This document shows, one piece after another, positions 51,490 to 60,788 of a stretch of 64,000 nucleotides of DNA. The stretch is from contig CAVYNH010000006.1 in assembly GCA_963769885.1 (NCBI GenBank), positions 64,001-128,000 on the forward strand, in the 5' to 3' direction. How positions within the stretch are numbered: the stretch's first letter is position 1; each line of letters opens with the position of its first letter. The position numbers and the translations under genes were made by a program. The notes under the pieces were generated by a model that was not told the DNA's origin, ran no database searches, and was given only the letters and a program-made list of their open reading frames with translations. Origin of the DNA: Methanobacteriota archaeon. Its GTDB lineage: Archaea; Thermoplasmatota; E2; DHVEG-1.

Positions 51490-51750
51490 ATGCGTGACAT
51501 TACCAAGGCGCAGCTGACGGTGGGTCTGCTGGCGCTGTTTACGACGCTGTGGGGGTTGGTGTTGGGGACCAGTAACCTGGTGACTGCCGTGGAGATGGTG
51601 GCGTTGCAGGCGGTGGTGCTGCTGGTGTTGAGTTATACGTTAATCGCGTTGTTGGAGTGGGTGGGGGTGTTTGATCTGCGGACGAACGCGGTGATGGTGT
51701 TGGTGGTGTTGGTGACGTTCCGGATCTTGTCGACGGTGCGGCTGCTGTAA
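51490..51750 (+). CDS. Small three-TM membrane protein
   Basis: Three hydrophobic segments; TTTATAA upstream. Confidence 0.65.
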   Translation: MRDITKAQLTVGLLALFTTLWGLVLGTSNLVTAVEMVALQAVVLLVLSYTLIALLEWVGVFDLRTNAVMVLVVLVTFRILSTVRLL

Positions 51751-51770
51751 AAAGAATTTCGGTTGGTGGG

Positions 51771-52694
51771 TTAGGTGTCGGTGGGTTTTTGCGGTTTTGT
51801 TTTGATGATGTGGATGGCGCCGGTGTAGTCGCCGGCTGGTGAGAGGAGGGGGGCGGCGAGGACTTCGAGGGTGTGGCCGTCGTTGGGGGCGGGGAAGGTC
51901 TCGCGTTGGGGTTGTTTGGTGGCTTTCATGGCGGGGCAGAGGCAGTGTTCTGGTGGTCGGGTGGTGTGGTGGATGAGTTGGTAGCATTTTTTGCCGATGC
52001 AGGTGTCGGGGGTGAGGTTGAGGTAGGCGGTGAAGGCGGTGTTGATGCGGGTGAGGTTTTGGTCGGTGTCGATGAGGAAGATGAGGTCGGTGAGGTGGTC
52101 GACGGTGGTCTGCCAGAGGGTGGTGGCGGTGTGGAGCTGGCGGTGGAGGTCGTCGTGGGTGGTGGTGTTAGAGAGGATGATGGCGACGCCGGGCTGGCCG
52201 TCGTCGAAGGTGGTGGGGAGGGCGCGGATCTGGAGGGTGTAGTGGCGGTTGTGGTGGGTGTAGTCGGTGCTCAGTTGGGTTTCTTTGCCGTTGAGTGCGG
52301 TTTGGGCGCTGGTGGCGAGGTTGGGGAGGTTGAGGATGGTGCTGGAGAGGGTGGTGATGGTGGTGCCGAGGAGCTCGGGTTTGGTGACGCCCAGGAGTGT
52401 GAGGAGGGTGGCGTTGGTTTGGATGATTCTGAGGTCTTTGTTGAGGAGGAGGATGCCGTCGGGGTTGACGTCGATGAGGTTGGCGAGGGGGAGGCGGGTG
52501 CTTGGGAAGTAGACCTTGGCGGGGCCGAAGGTGAGCATGTCGACGTGGCCGGTGATGAGGAGGATGTCGAGGTATTTGGCGATGCTGTTGCGGTTGGTTT
52601 TGGTTTCTCTGGCGATGTCGGTGACGGTCATGCCCTTGGGGTGGGCTTTCAGGATGGCGATGATGGCTTGGAGCTCGTCTTGGTAGTCGTCCAC
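51771..52694 (-). CDS. wHTH plus two PAS domains, one-component regulator
   Basis: GMTVTDIARETKTNRNSIAKYL HTH; two PAS units, the second with KCYQLIH...HCLCP. Confidence 0.85.
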   Translation of the reverse strand: MDDYQDELQAIIAILKAHPKGMTVTDIARETKTNRNSIAKYLDILLITGHVDMLTFGPAKVYFPSTRLPLANLIDVNPDGILLLNKDLRIIQTNATLLTLLGVTKPELLGTTITTLSSTILNLPNLATSAQTALNGKETQLSTDYTHHNRHYTLQIRALPTTFDDGQPGVAIILSNTTTHDDLHRQLHTATTLWQTTVDHLTDLIFLIDTDQNLTRINTAFTAYLNLTPDTCIGKKCYQLIHHTTRPPEHCLCPAMKATKQPQRETFPAPNDGHTLEVLAAPLLSPAGDYTGAIHIIKTKPQKPTDT

Positions 52695-53115
52695 GGGAGG
52701 GTAATATCAGGAGGAGAGTATTTATGCATTTCGTTTTGCGTGGCGGTTCTGCCATGCATAAGGCGAAGGCTTTATATAGTGTTGGTGATATGCAGGTATT
52801 GCCAAGCAGAAGTGCTAGGCAAAACGTAGTGGTGCGAGGGAACCTAATGACCATGACGAATTCCTCCGTCTCCGGATCTTCTGAACACCCTTGTGGGGGA
52901 GCGCATTCTCCTCGTCCGTCCTCTCCTCTCTTCCTCCACATCCCTCCCCACTCCCATCCTCTCTCCGGCTTTTTTCATCCTTCCTATACGAGGGGGTACC
53001 GCTCCCGGTAAAAAAACCGCATCCGCCTCCTTCTTTTCCCCGGTACCTCCCCCAACACCTCCAGAGGAAACCAGAATTATAAAAGAAAACCTTATAATAA
53101 TCAGGACGCCTATTA

Positions 53116-54393
53116 ATGTCTGATATGCGCCGCGCCCTTCTCCTCGTCTGCATCCTGACCCTGCTCCTCTCCTCCGCGCCCCTCGCCCGCCCGGTCCCCG
53201 CCCAGCCCATCGCCGGCTCAAAGCTCGCCGCAGTCCTCGACAAGATCACCCCCGCCCTCCTCACCGGGTACCTCACCAGCCTCGTCTCCTACGGCCCCCG
53301 CGTCAGCGGCACCTACGGCTGCCTGCTCGCCGGCGCCTACATCAATGATCAGTTCACCAGCATGGGCCTCGCCACCCGCTTCATTAACTACTCCGCATGG
53401 GGCAACAGGTACAACTTCCACCACGTCACCGACCGCGACGTCGAAGCCACCCTCCCCGGCACCAATACTGATGATCACAGCGTCCTCCTCTTCAACGCGC
53501 ACTTCGACAACGCCCACTTGTCGGTGGGCGCCAACGACGACGGCACGGGCGCCGCCGCGGTCCTCGCCGCCGCCTACGCCCTCAGCCACTTCACCTTCAA
53601 CCGCACCATCCGCTTCGTCGAATTCTCCGGCGAAGAACAAGGGCTCCTCGGCAGCCGCGCCTACCTCAAAGAGATCTACCCCCGCGGCGACGACGTCCTC
53701 CTCGACGTCGACGCGGACATGATCGGCCACGCAGTAACGACTGCGGGCGCACACGCCGCCCGCCTCAGCGTCACCGAGGACACCGGCTTCGCCACCACCA
53801 CCTTCCAGATCGTCAACGCCGGCTACATCGACTTCAATATCACCACCCATAACATCACCCGGATCACGAAGGACTTCGGCGGCAGTGACTACAGCGCCTT
53901 CGTCAACGACGGCTACGAGGCCGTCGCCTGCTGGGAGGCTGAGCACGACCCCAACATGCACACCCCGGCCGACAACCTCAGCAACGTCAACATCCCGTAC
54001 CTCGTCAACTACACCAAGCTGATCGCCGGCAGCCTCGCCCTCCTCGCCGACGCCGACCCCGTCCCTCCCCAGGTCCGCCTCGTCTCCCCAGCGCAGGGCA
54101 CCCTCAGCATCCACAGCCGGCTCATCAAAAACATCGACGAGCGGAAGACCATCTGCCTCAACGACGTCTGGCTCTGGGCCGAGGTCTTCCACCCCTCGCA
54201 ACCGATCCTGCGCGTTGATTTCTACATGGACAACAAGCTCGCCTATTCAGACACGACTCCTCCCTACAACTGGCATCTGGAGAGGCTCTCCATCCGAAAG
54301 CATACCATCACGGTGATCGCCTACGATTCCCAGGGTCGGACCACCTCAGACATCCGGGAGATCCACTACGTTAACCTCTTACGAAAAAAGTGA
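53116..54393 (+). CDS. Secreted M28 peptidase with C-terminal Ig-like domain
   Basis: AHFD, GANDDGTG, GEEQG, DMIG, SDY, MHTPAD. Confidence 0.92.
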   Translation: MSDMRRALLLVCILTLLLSSAPLARPVPAQPIAGSKLAAVLDKITPALLTGYLTSLVSYGPRVSGTYGCLLAGAYINDQFTSMGLATRFINYSAWGNRYNFHHVTDRDVEATLPGTNTDDHSVLLFNAHFDNAHLSVGANDDGTGAAAVLAAAYALSHFTFNRTIRFVEFSGEEQGLLGSRAYLKEIYPRGDDVLLDVDADMIGHAVTTAGAHAARLSVTEDTGFATTTFQIVNAGYIDFNITTHNITRITKDFGGSDYSAFVNDGYEAVACWEAEHDPNMHTPADNLSNVNIPYLVNYTKLIAGSLALLADADPVPPQVRLVSPAQGTLSIHSRLIKNIDERKTICLNDVWLWAEVFHPSQPILRVDFYMDNKLAYSDTTPPYNWHLERLSIRKHTITVIAYDSQGRTTSDIREIHYVNLLRKK

Positions 54394-54442
54394 GGCTTCC
54401 ACCGTAAAAAACAATCCCCCCTTATGTCCTATTTTTAAACCT

Positions 54443-55876
54443 CTAAGAAGAACCATACAGCCGCATTAGTATGTTCCTCCAGAGAGGGGGGCAGTCCGGA
54501 GACGGCCGGACAGTAAACTTCACAGAGAAGGAAGGCAGGATCATAATCTTGGTTGTATAATCAATATGGAGGTAATGGTTCCGACCGGAGATGATTATCC
54601 CCAGGCCCTCCGGGGGGAAAATCCAGTCCACGTCAGTGGACATATACTTCACGCGACTTGGGATAAACCGCATCGGGGTGTTCGTCCCTCTCCCGTCAGT
54701 TAAGGTGGTGATGTGGCCGTTCTGCTCCACGGTCGCGTTCGCCACCCCTGCCACGAGGAAGTTGCCGAGCTCAAACGGCCCGGTCTTGAAGTACATCTTT
54801 GTGATATTGGTAGTGCTCCGGAAGAAGACCTGGAGTTTCATCGAGCCTTTCCCTGCATCAATCTCGAAATCCATCGGCAGGTACGCATCGCGGTCGCCGA
54901 GATACTGATCGCGAAGGATCCGGGTAGTGATATCCCCAAACTCCCAGTAGCTCGTCCCGTCGGTTACAATCAAGAGAGCAGCGGACGGACCGTCCTTCAC
55001 GGTCAAGGCCGTCGCCCGAAAGAGGATCATGCTCCATCCGCACGGAAACCCGATCCAAATCCAGTCATAGCCGACGATACTGTCGGTACTTGAGTGATAA
55101 AAGGTCCAGTCGATGAGCCCGTTTTGCAGGTATTGCATGAAGATCCATTTCGACAGTTCGCAGTATAAGGTACCCGCCTTCACCGCATTCTGAAGACCAA
55201 GACCCCGGAAGAACGTGTCATAGAAATGGGCGTCGGCGAACTGGTGCTCCATGTACCCGATGCCGGTGACGTTCTCCGACTGGCCTTGGAACGTGAGCCT
55301 GCCGGCAACCTTCCCCAGCGGCATGAGCCAGTAATGGAAGGTCCCGCTCCCGCACGGGATCGTCCCGTTTACCGCTTCCTGGCCGATGTAGTGCGGCGGG
55401 GCGCTAGCATTGAAGTAGATAGACATGGTGATGTTATTGACGTCGTCGTTGATGAACACCGTATAGTATGGATAGAGGCCGCGGAACGTCGAGTTATAAT
55501 AGGAGAGGTTCACGCAGTTCTTCTCATGGTGGAAGGGACCGGGGTGCGGATCGGCGTGGAGGCAGTCGTAATAGCTACCGGTGTGGCGGTCCCAGCACTC
55601 GATCCGGATGTAGGAAAAGCCGTCGGTGCTGGACCAGTGGCCTGACGACCAGTTCATCTGATAAAAGAACATGATGCAGACATCCCACTGCCCGCCGTCC
55701 TCCAACGTGAGCGTGGTGTACAGCCACCACCATTCGATGCCGCAGGGGAAATGATCGCCCTCGTCCGCGGGCGTCTCACGCGGCTCCGTGATGGTTCCAG
55801 AGTCAGCGTGAATCCCCGGAAACAGAAGAAGGGACAGCAGCAGGAAACCGCAAAAGGCGGCGACAAATCGTTTCAT
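54443..55876 (-). CDS. Secreted lipocalin-like/AttH(CrtC)-like beta-barrel protein
   Basis: Signal peptide; DEGDH...EWWWL, VTGIGYMEHQF, YDWIWI pattern. Confidence 0.6.
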   Translation of the reverse strand: MKRFVAAFCGFLLLSLLLFPGIHADSGTITEPRETPADEGDHFPCGIEWWWLYTTLTLEDGGQWDVCIMFFYQMNWSSGHWSSTDGFSYIRIECWDRHTGSYYDCLHADPHPGPFHHEKNCVNLSYYNSTFRGLYPYYTVFINDDVNNITMSIYFNASAPPHYIGQEAVNGTIPCGSGTFHYWLMPLGKVAGRLTFQGQSENVTGIGYMEHQFADAHFYDTFFRGLGLQNAVKAGTLYCELSKWIFMQYLQNGLIDWTFYHSSTDSIVGYDWIWIGFPCGWSMILFRATALTVKDGPSAALLIVTDGTSYWEFGDITTRILRDQYLGDRDAYLPMDFEIDAGKGSMKLQVFFRSTTNITKMYFKTGPFELGNFLVAGVANATVEQNGHITTLTDGRGTNTPMRFIPSRVKYMSTDVDWIFPPEGLGIIISGRNHYLHIDYTTKIMILPSFSVKFTVRPSPDCPPLWRNILMRLYGSS

Positions 55877-55965
55877 GGTCTTTCCCCCACTAGACATTCT
55901 CTCACAAGTATTTCAATTTATCTTCATTGATTTTTAATTACACAAGGTTTCAAAAAAAGAAGTAA

Positions 55966-56154
55966 TTATAATCGAATTTCTCGACACATGGCATCGTGAC
56001 CACCCCGCCGTGCAAATGGCGCGTTCGGTCCCAGTCCATACGGCCCCGCCGATTCACCGTCGTCACCTACGGCACCTTCGGACGTACCACCACGGACATC
56101 CGCGACATCCACTGCATCAACCTCCTCCTGCGACACTAAAGGAAATATTTTCAT
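55966..56154 (-). CDS. Small hypothetical protein (62 aa)
   Basis: AAGGTG before ATG; 17 bp after the Zn-finger gene. Confidence 0.4.
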   Translation of the reverse strand: MKIFPLVSQEEVDAVDVADVRGGTSEGAVGDDGESAGPYGLGPNAPFARRGGHDAMCREIRL

Positions 56155-56171
56155 ACACCTTCATTCGCATC

Positions 56172-56447
56172 TTAAGCGGTTGGATGTAGCCGCAGATCGC
56201 TGACCTTGCCTTGCATCTTTTTCAGAGCTATCGTGATCTTGTCTGCCATCCTTTGATGATCAACACCTATCGATGATTTTCTAGTGAAAAAATCAACATA
56301 AGGCAAGTTGACCTTACCCCATCTCTCTACACTTTCAGAAACAGTATCAAAACAATGACCGCATAACAGATGATCTTGCCCCATTGTCGGATGTCGGTAG
56401 CCTTCGATGATTCCCAGGTTCTTTCCACATTCTTCACATGCTTTCAT
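56172..56447 (-). CDS. Small Zn-finger protein
   Basis: CEEC...CGHC; GGAG upstream. Confidence 0.7.
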   Translation of the reverse strand: MKACEECGKNLGIIEGYRHPTMGQDHLLCGHCFDTVSESVERWGKVNLPYVDFFTRKSSIGVDHQRMADKITIALKKMQGKVSDLRLHPTA

Positions 56448-56504
56448 TTTCTTATCTCCAATATACTGTATAGGGGCTGAACGACATCAAATGGCTCACC
56501 AAAA

Positions 56505-56555
56505 AACTCGACAGAATAGTAATATAGTCAGAATAAAATATGCTTTTGTCGAGTT
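56505..56555. promoter_or_regulatory. 12-bp inverted repeat flanking an AT-rich core (putative operator)
   Basis: AACTCGACAGAA (56505-56516) and TTTTGTCGAGTT (56544-56555), one mismatch. Confidence 0.55.
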
Positions 56556-56558
56556 CGT

Positions 56559-57512
56559 ATGGAAAAGATAGATTTGAAAGATAGGAGAATACTATATGAG
56601 CTTGATGTAGATAGCAGGCAATCGTTTCGAAATATCGGCAGAAAGGTTGGTCTCTCCAAAGATGTGGTGGCCAGTAGAGTCAAAAAATTAAGAGACAGGG
56701 GAGTCATTCTCCGTTTTTTTGCCTACTACGACATCCTCCACTTAGGGTATAATTTTCTAAGATTTTACTTTAAGTTCCAATACGTCACCCCTGAAATTAA
56801 AAAAGAAATTATCAATCACTTCATGAATGATGATCATGTAAACAATCTGTTTTCAACTGAGGGTAGCTACGATTTAGGCGTTTTAATGATGGTGGAAAAC
56901 ATTTCTGATATCTATCCTCTCTGGAGAAAAACCCTCGAGAAATATGGTGATTATTTTTCAACGCAAGTCTTTTCAGCATACATGGGTGAATTAATCTACG
57001 GGCATGGGTTTTTGCTTGAAGGTATCGAAAAACCACAGAGGACTCCCTTACGAAAGAATTTGGGGAAAGTAAAGATTGATGCTCTTGATGTAGAGATATT
57101 AAAATTATTGTCGGTTGATTCAAGAATACCTACAGTTGAGATTGCGAAAAAACTCCAGTCAAATGTGACAACTATTAATTCAAGAATTAACAGACTTGTG
57201 AAGTCGAAAGTCATCCTTGGTTTTTCCGTCGAGCTTGATATGGATAAACTGGGGTATCAAACTTGGAAAGTGGATTTCTTTTTAAGTGAGTATACGAAAT
57301 TAAACCAAATTGTTACCTATTTAGAAAAAAATCCTCTGTTATACTGTGTCGATTATACCATAGGATATGCTGATTTGGAGATAGAAATCAATGTAAGAGA
57401 CAATAGTCAACTCCATGATATTATTGAAGATCTGCATGCAAAATTTCCGAAAATAATTCGGAACTATTCATTTTTCCGCGGTATAAAATTTTATAAATGG
57501 TATAGTTTATAA
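56559..57512 (+). CDS. Lrp/AsnC-family regulator with tandem duplicated HTH-RAM units (low GC)
   Basis: IDLKDRRILYEL..DSR and IDALDVEILKLL..DSR HTHs, each followed by a RAM-like domain. Confidence 0.88.
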   Translation: MEKIDLKDRRILYELDVDSRQSFRNIGRKVGLSKDVVASRVKKLRDRGVILRFFAYYDILHLGYNFLRFYFKFQYVTPEIKKEIINHFMNDDHVNNLFSTEGSYDLGVLMMVENISDIYPLWRKTLEKYGDYFSTQVFSAYMGELIYGHGFLLEGIEKPQRTPLRKNLGKVKIDALDVEILKLLSVDSRIPTVEIAKKLQSNVTTINSRINRLVKSKVILGFSVELDMDKLGYQTWKVDFFLSEYTKLNQIVTYLEKNPLLYCVDYTIGYADLEIEINVRDNSQLHDIIEDLHAKFPKIIRNYSFFRGIKFYKWYSL

Positions 57513-57777
57513 TATTAACAATATACTTGAAAACGAAAATGTGGTACGAGCACTGACACGGTTTTAGAACTACTGTTTGTGTGTCAGAATAGGGGATCCA
57601 CGGTGACTGTCCTATTGCACGTATTTCCGTATGTCGAGATCGATTGATATCCACATCAAACACCCTACGACCTCCAAGGATTCTCTATGAATTGACCCCA
57701 ACAAAGGATACATGAATTTTCTCCTTAGCTTTTCCACCCCACCTATTTTTAAAGGGACGTCTCGTTGACATACAACT

Positions 57778-59733
57778 ATGGTACGAGGACTCGCCGCCCT
57801 CGACGTCTACACCATCACCACCGAGCTCCAAAGCCTCCTCGGCTCCTACATCGAAAAGGTGTACCAGCTTGCCCCAGACACCCTTCTCCTCAAAACCAAG
57901 ACCCCCAAAGCCGGCGCGGACCAACTCTTCATCCGCAACCAAAACTTGCTCTGCCTCACCAGCCGCCGCTTCGACACCCCCGAGACACCCAGCGTCTTCG
58001 CCATGACCCTCCGCAAGTACCTCCAAGGCGGACGCATCACCCAGATCATCCAACACCAACTCGACCGGATCCTCATCCTCACCATCACCAAAGGCGACCA
58101 GCCCTACCGCCTCATCCTCGAACTCTTCACCCACGGCAACATCATCCTCACCACCCCAGACGACACCATCATCCGCCCCCTCCTCCAACAAACCTGGGCG
58201 AAACGCATCCTACGCAGCAACCAACCCTACCTCCCCCCACCACCCCAAGCCAACCCCCTCACCCTCACCCAAGAAGCATTCAACGAGATTCTCGCAAAAA
58301 GCACCAAGGACCTCGTCCGGACCCTCGCCATCACCGTCAACCTCAGCGGCCTCTACGCCGAAGAACTCTGCCACCGCGCCGGACTCGACAAAAACACAAA
58401 AATCCCAAGCCTCACACCAGAAGACCGCCAACGACTCTACGCCTGTCTCCAAGAACTTCTAAGGCCCTTCAAAGAAAAGACATTCACGCCAGTCCTCGTG
58501 AAAGAAAACGACGCTATCGTCGATGTCCTGCCGATCCCATTTGAAACCTACAAAGACAAGACCCAAGAACCCATCCCCGAGTTCACCCGCGGCCTCGACG
58601 CCTTCATCAACCAACCCAAAGAAGCCACCCCCGACCAACAAGCCCACACCGCCCTCCACGACCGCCTCACCCGCCAACTCCACCAACAACAACAAACTGC
58701 GTCAACCTTCGAAACCCAGATTGCCATCAAAAAACAAGAAGGAGACCTCATCTACCAACACTACCAACCACTTGAGTTTCTCCTTAAACAAATAGCTGAA
58801 GACATGCGACTCAAGGACAAAACCGCCGCTCTTAATCAAATCCGCAAAAACCCACTCGTCAAATCTTTCATCCCTGAAGCCGACAACCTAAAAGTCACCC
58901 TAAAAGACCAAGCAGAAACCGAACACACCCTCAGCCTCGACTTCCGCAAAACCGCCGCCGCCAACGCCCAGGCCGCCTACCAAGACAGCAAAAAACTCCA
59001 AGAAAAACTCAAAGGCGCAAAAGACGCCATCAAAAAAACCAAACACGACCTCCACACCCTCACCGAAGAAACCACCACCGAAAAACCCAAGAAACCAGTC
59101 CAACAAAAATGGTGGTTCCAACAATACCGCTGGTTCATCACCACCGACGGCAACATCGTCGTCGGCGGCCGCGACGCCCGCACCAACGAACAAATCGTCA
59201 AAAAATACCTCACCGAAGGCGACCGCTACGTCCACGCCGACATCCACGGCGCCCCCAGCGTCATCGTCAAACACACCGACATCCACGGCAACACCATCCC
59301 CATCACCGACCAAACACTAGAACAAGCCTGCATCTTCGCCACCTCCTACAGCAAAGCCTGGAGCCAATACGCCACCGCCCAGGCCTACTGGGTCACCCCC
59401 GAACAAGTCAGCAAAACACCAGAAACCGGCGAATACGTCCCCAAAGGCGCCTTCATCATCCGCGGCAAACGCACCTACCACCAATGCATCCTCCAACTCG
59501 CCATCGGCCTCGCCACCCTCGACGACCACCCCGTCCTCATGGCCGGCCCCCTCGACGCCATCAAAACACACACCAAAAACTACCTCGTCATCACCCCCGG
59601 CACCACCAAAAGACCCACCCTCGCCAAAAAAATCGCAGCCATCCTCCACGTCCCCGTCGATGACGCCGACAGACTCCTCCCACCCGGCAACGCCACCATC
59701 ACCACCCCGCCCAAGGGAGGCAAACCCAAGTGA
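57778..59733 (+). CDS. rqcH: Ribosome quality control NFACT protein (Rqc2/RqcH homolog)
   Basis: FAMTLRKYL, LDRIL, ELF..GNIIL, YAEELC..AG, coiled coil, GGRDA..NE, VHADIHGAP, GAFIIRG. Confidence 0.93.
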   Translation: MVRGLAALDVYTITTELQSLLGSYIEKVYQLAPDTLLLKTKTPKAGADQLFIRNQNLLCLTSRRFDTPETPSVFAMTLRKYLQGGRITQIIQHQLDRILILTITKGDQPYRLILELFTHGNIILTTPDDTIIRPLLQQTWAKRILRSNQPYLPPPPQANPLTLTQEAFNEILAKSTKDLVRTLAITVNLSGLYAEELCHRAGLDKNTKIPSLTPEDRQRLYACLQELLRPFKEKTFTPVLVKENDAIVDVLPIPFETYKDKTQEPIPEFTRGLDAFINQPKEATPDQQAHTALHDRLTRQLHQQQQTASTFETQIAIKKQEGDLIYQHYQPLEFLLKQIAEDMRLKDKTAALNQIRKNPLVKSFIPEADNLKVTLKDQAETEHTLSLDFRKTAAANAQAAYQDSKKLQEKLKGAKDAIKKTKHDLHTLTEETTTEKPKKPVQQKWWFQQYRWFITTDGNIVVGGRDARTNEQIVKKYLTEGDRYVHADIHGAPSVIVKHTDIHGNTIPITDQTLEQACIFATSYSKAWSQYATAQAYWVTPEQVSKTPETGEYVPKGAFIIRGKRTYHQCILQLAIGLATLDDHPVLMAGPLDAIKTHTKNYLVITPGTTKRPTLAKKIAAILHVPVDDADRLLPPGNATITTPPKGGKPK

Positions 59734-60788
59734 AGATCATCCACCAGAACCCCAAAACCGGCGAGATCAAACTCGTCGCCGAAAACCTCGACGACATCTG
59801 GCACCTCTACAACATCATCCAAGAAGGCGACCTCGTCAGAGCCGTCACCTTCCGAACCGCAGACGACCACAAAGACGACCGCATCCGCGCCGTTAAAACC
59901 GAAAAAAAACGCATGAAACTCGGCATCAAAGTCGAAAAAGTCGCCTTCCACGAATTCAGCAACCGCCTCCGCATCCAAGGAACCATCATCGAAGGAATCC
60001 AAGACCTCGGACAACACCACACCTTCAACGTCGACACCGATATCCTCGAACCCATCACCCTCATCAAAGAACACTGGCGGCCCCACGACCTCCAACGCCT
60101 CCAAGAAGCCGTCAACCAACGCACCGTACCCGTCCTCCTCTTCGTCAGTCTCGACGAGGACACCGCCACCATCGCGGTCCTGCGCCAAAGCGGCGTCCAA
60201 CAGGTCGCCGACATCGACGCCCACCGCAGCGGCAAGATGTACGAAACCAAAGAAATCAGTTCCGAATACTACGACGACATCCTCGGAATCATCAAAACCA
60301 CCAAGGCCCCCGGCGCCCCCCTCGTCGTCATCGGCTCCGGCTTCGCCCGCGAACACCTTATCGACTTCATCAAAAACAAAGACCCCGGCCTCCTCGACTC
60401 CTACGTCAGCTACGCCACCGGCAACGCCGGCATGAACGGCGTCCACGAGGCCATCAAAGCCGGCATCGTCGACAAGCTCACCAAAGAAAACCGCGTCTCC
60501 AAAGAAACCCAGGCAGTCGAACGCCTCCTCGAAGAAGTCAAAAAAGACGGCCTCGCCACCTACGGCCCCAAGGAAGTCGAGAGCGCACTTGAGCAAGGCG
60601 CGGTCGAGACCCTGTTGATTTCGGACGTCTGCATCCGCAGCCGCCAGGGGGAACACCTCCTCGACCTCGCCAGAAAAACAAACAGCGGCTTCCTCATCAT
60701 CAACTCCCTACATGAAGCCGGGAAAAAATTCGAAAGCCTCGGCGGCGTCGCCGCCATCCTGCGCTACAAGCCCACGGCTCAGACGTAG
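59730..60788 (+). CDS. pelA: mRNA surveillance/ribosome rescue protein pelota
   Basis: ENLDDIWHLYNII..GD, NRLRIQG, GQHHTF, GAVETLLI, LGGVAAILRY; GTGA overlap. Confidence 0.95.
   Translation: MKIIHQNPKTGEIKLVAENLDDIWHLYNIIQEGDLVRAVTFRTADDHKDDRIRAVKTEKKRMKLGIKVEKVAFHEFSNRLRIQGTIIEGIQDLGQHHTFNVDTDILEPITLIKEHWRPHDLQRLQEAVNQRTVPVLLFVSLDEDTATIAVLRQSGVQQVADIDAHRSGKMYETKEISSEYYDDILGIIKTTKAPGAPLVVIGSGFAREHLIDFIKNKDPGLLDSYVSYATGNAGMNGVHEAIKAGIVDKLTKENRVSKETQAVERLLEEVKKDGLATYGPKEVESALEQGAVETLLISDVCIRSRQGEHLLDLARKTNSGFLIINSLHEAGKKFESLGGVAAILRYKPTAQT

Noticed and set aside
57421-57663. 80-aa minus-strand ORF, or hairpin RNA near 57581-57620
   Set aside because: Overlaps the Lrp 3' end, has no recognisable motif, and the stem is short; may be a gene remnant but cannot be supported.
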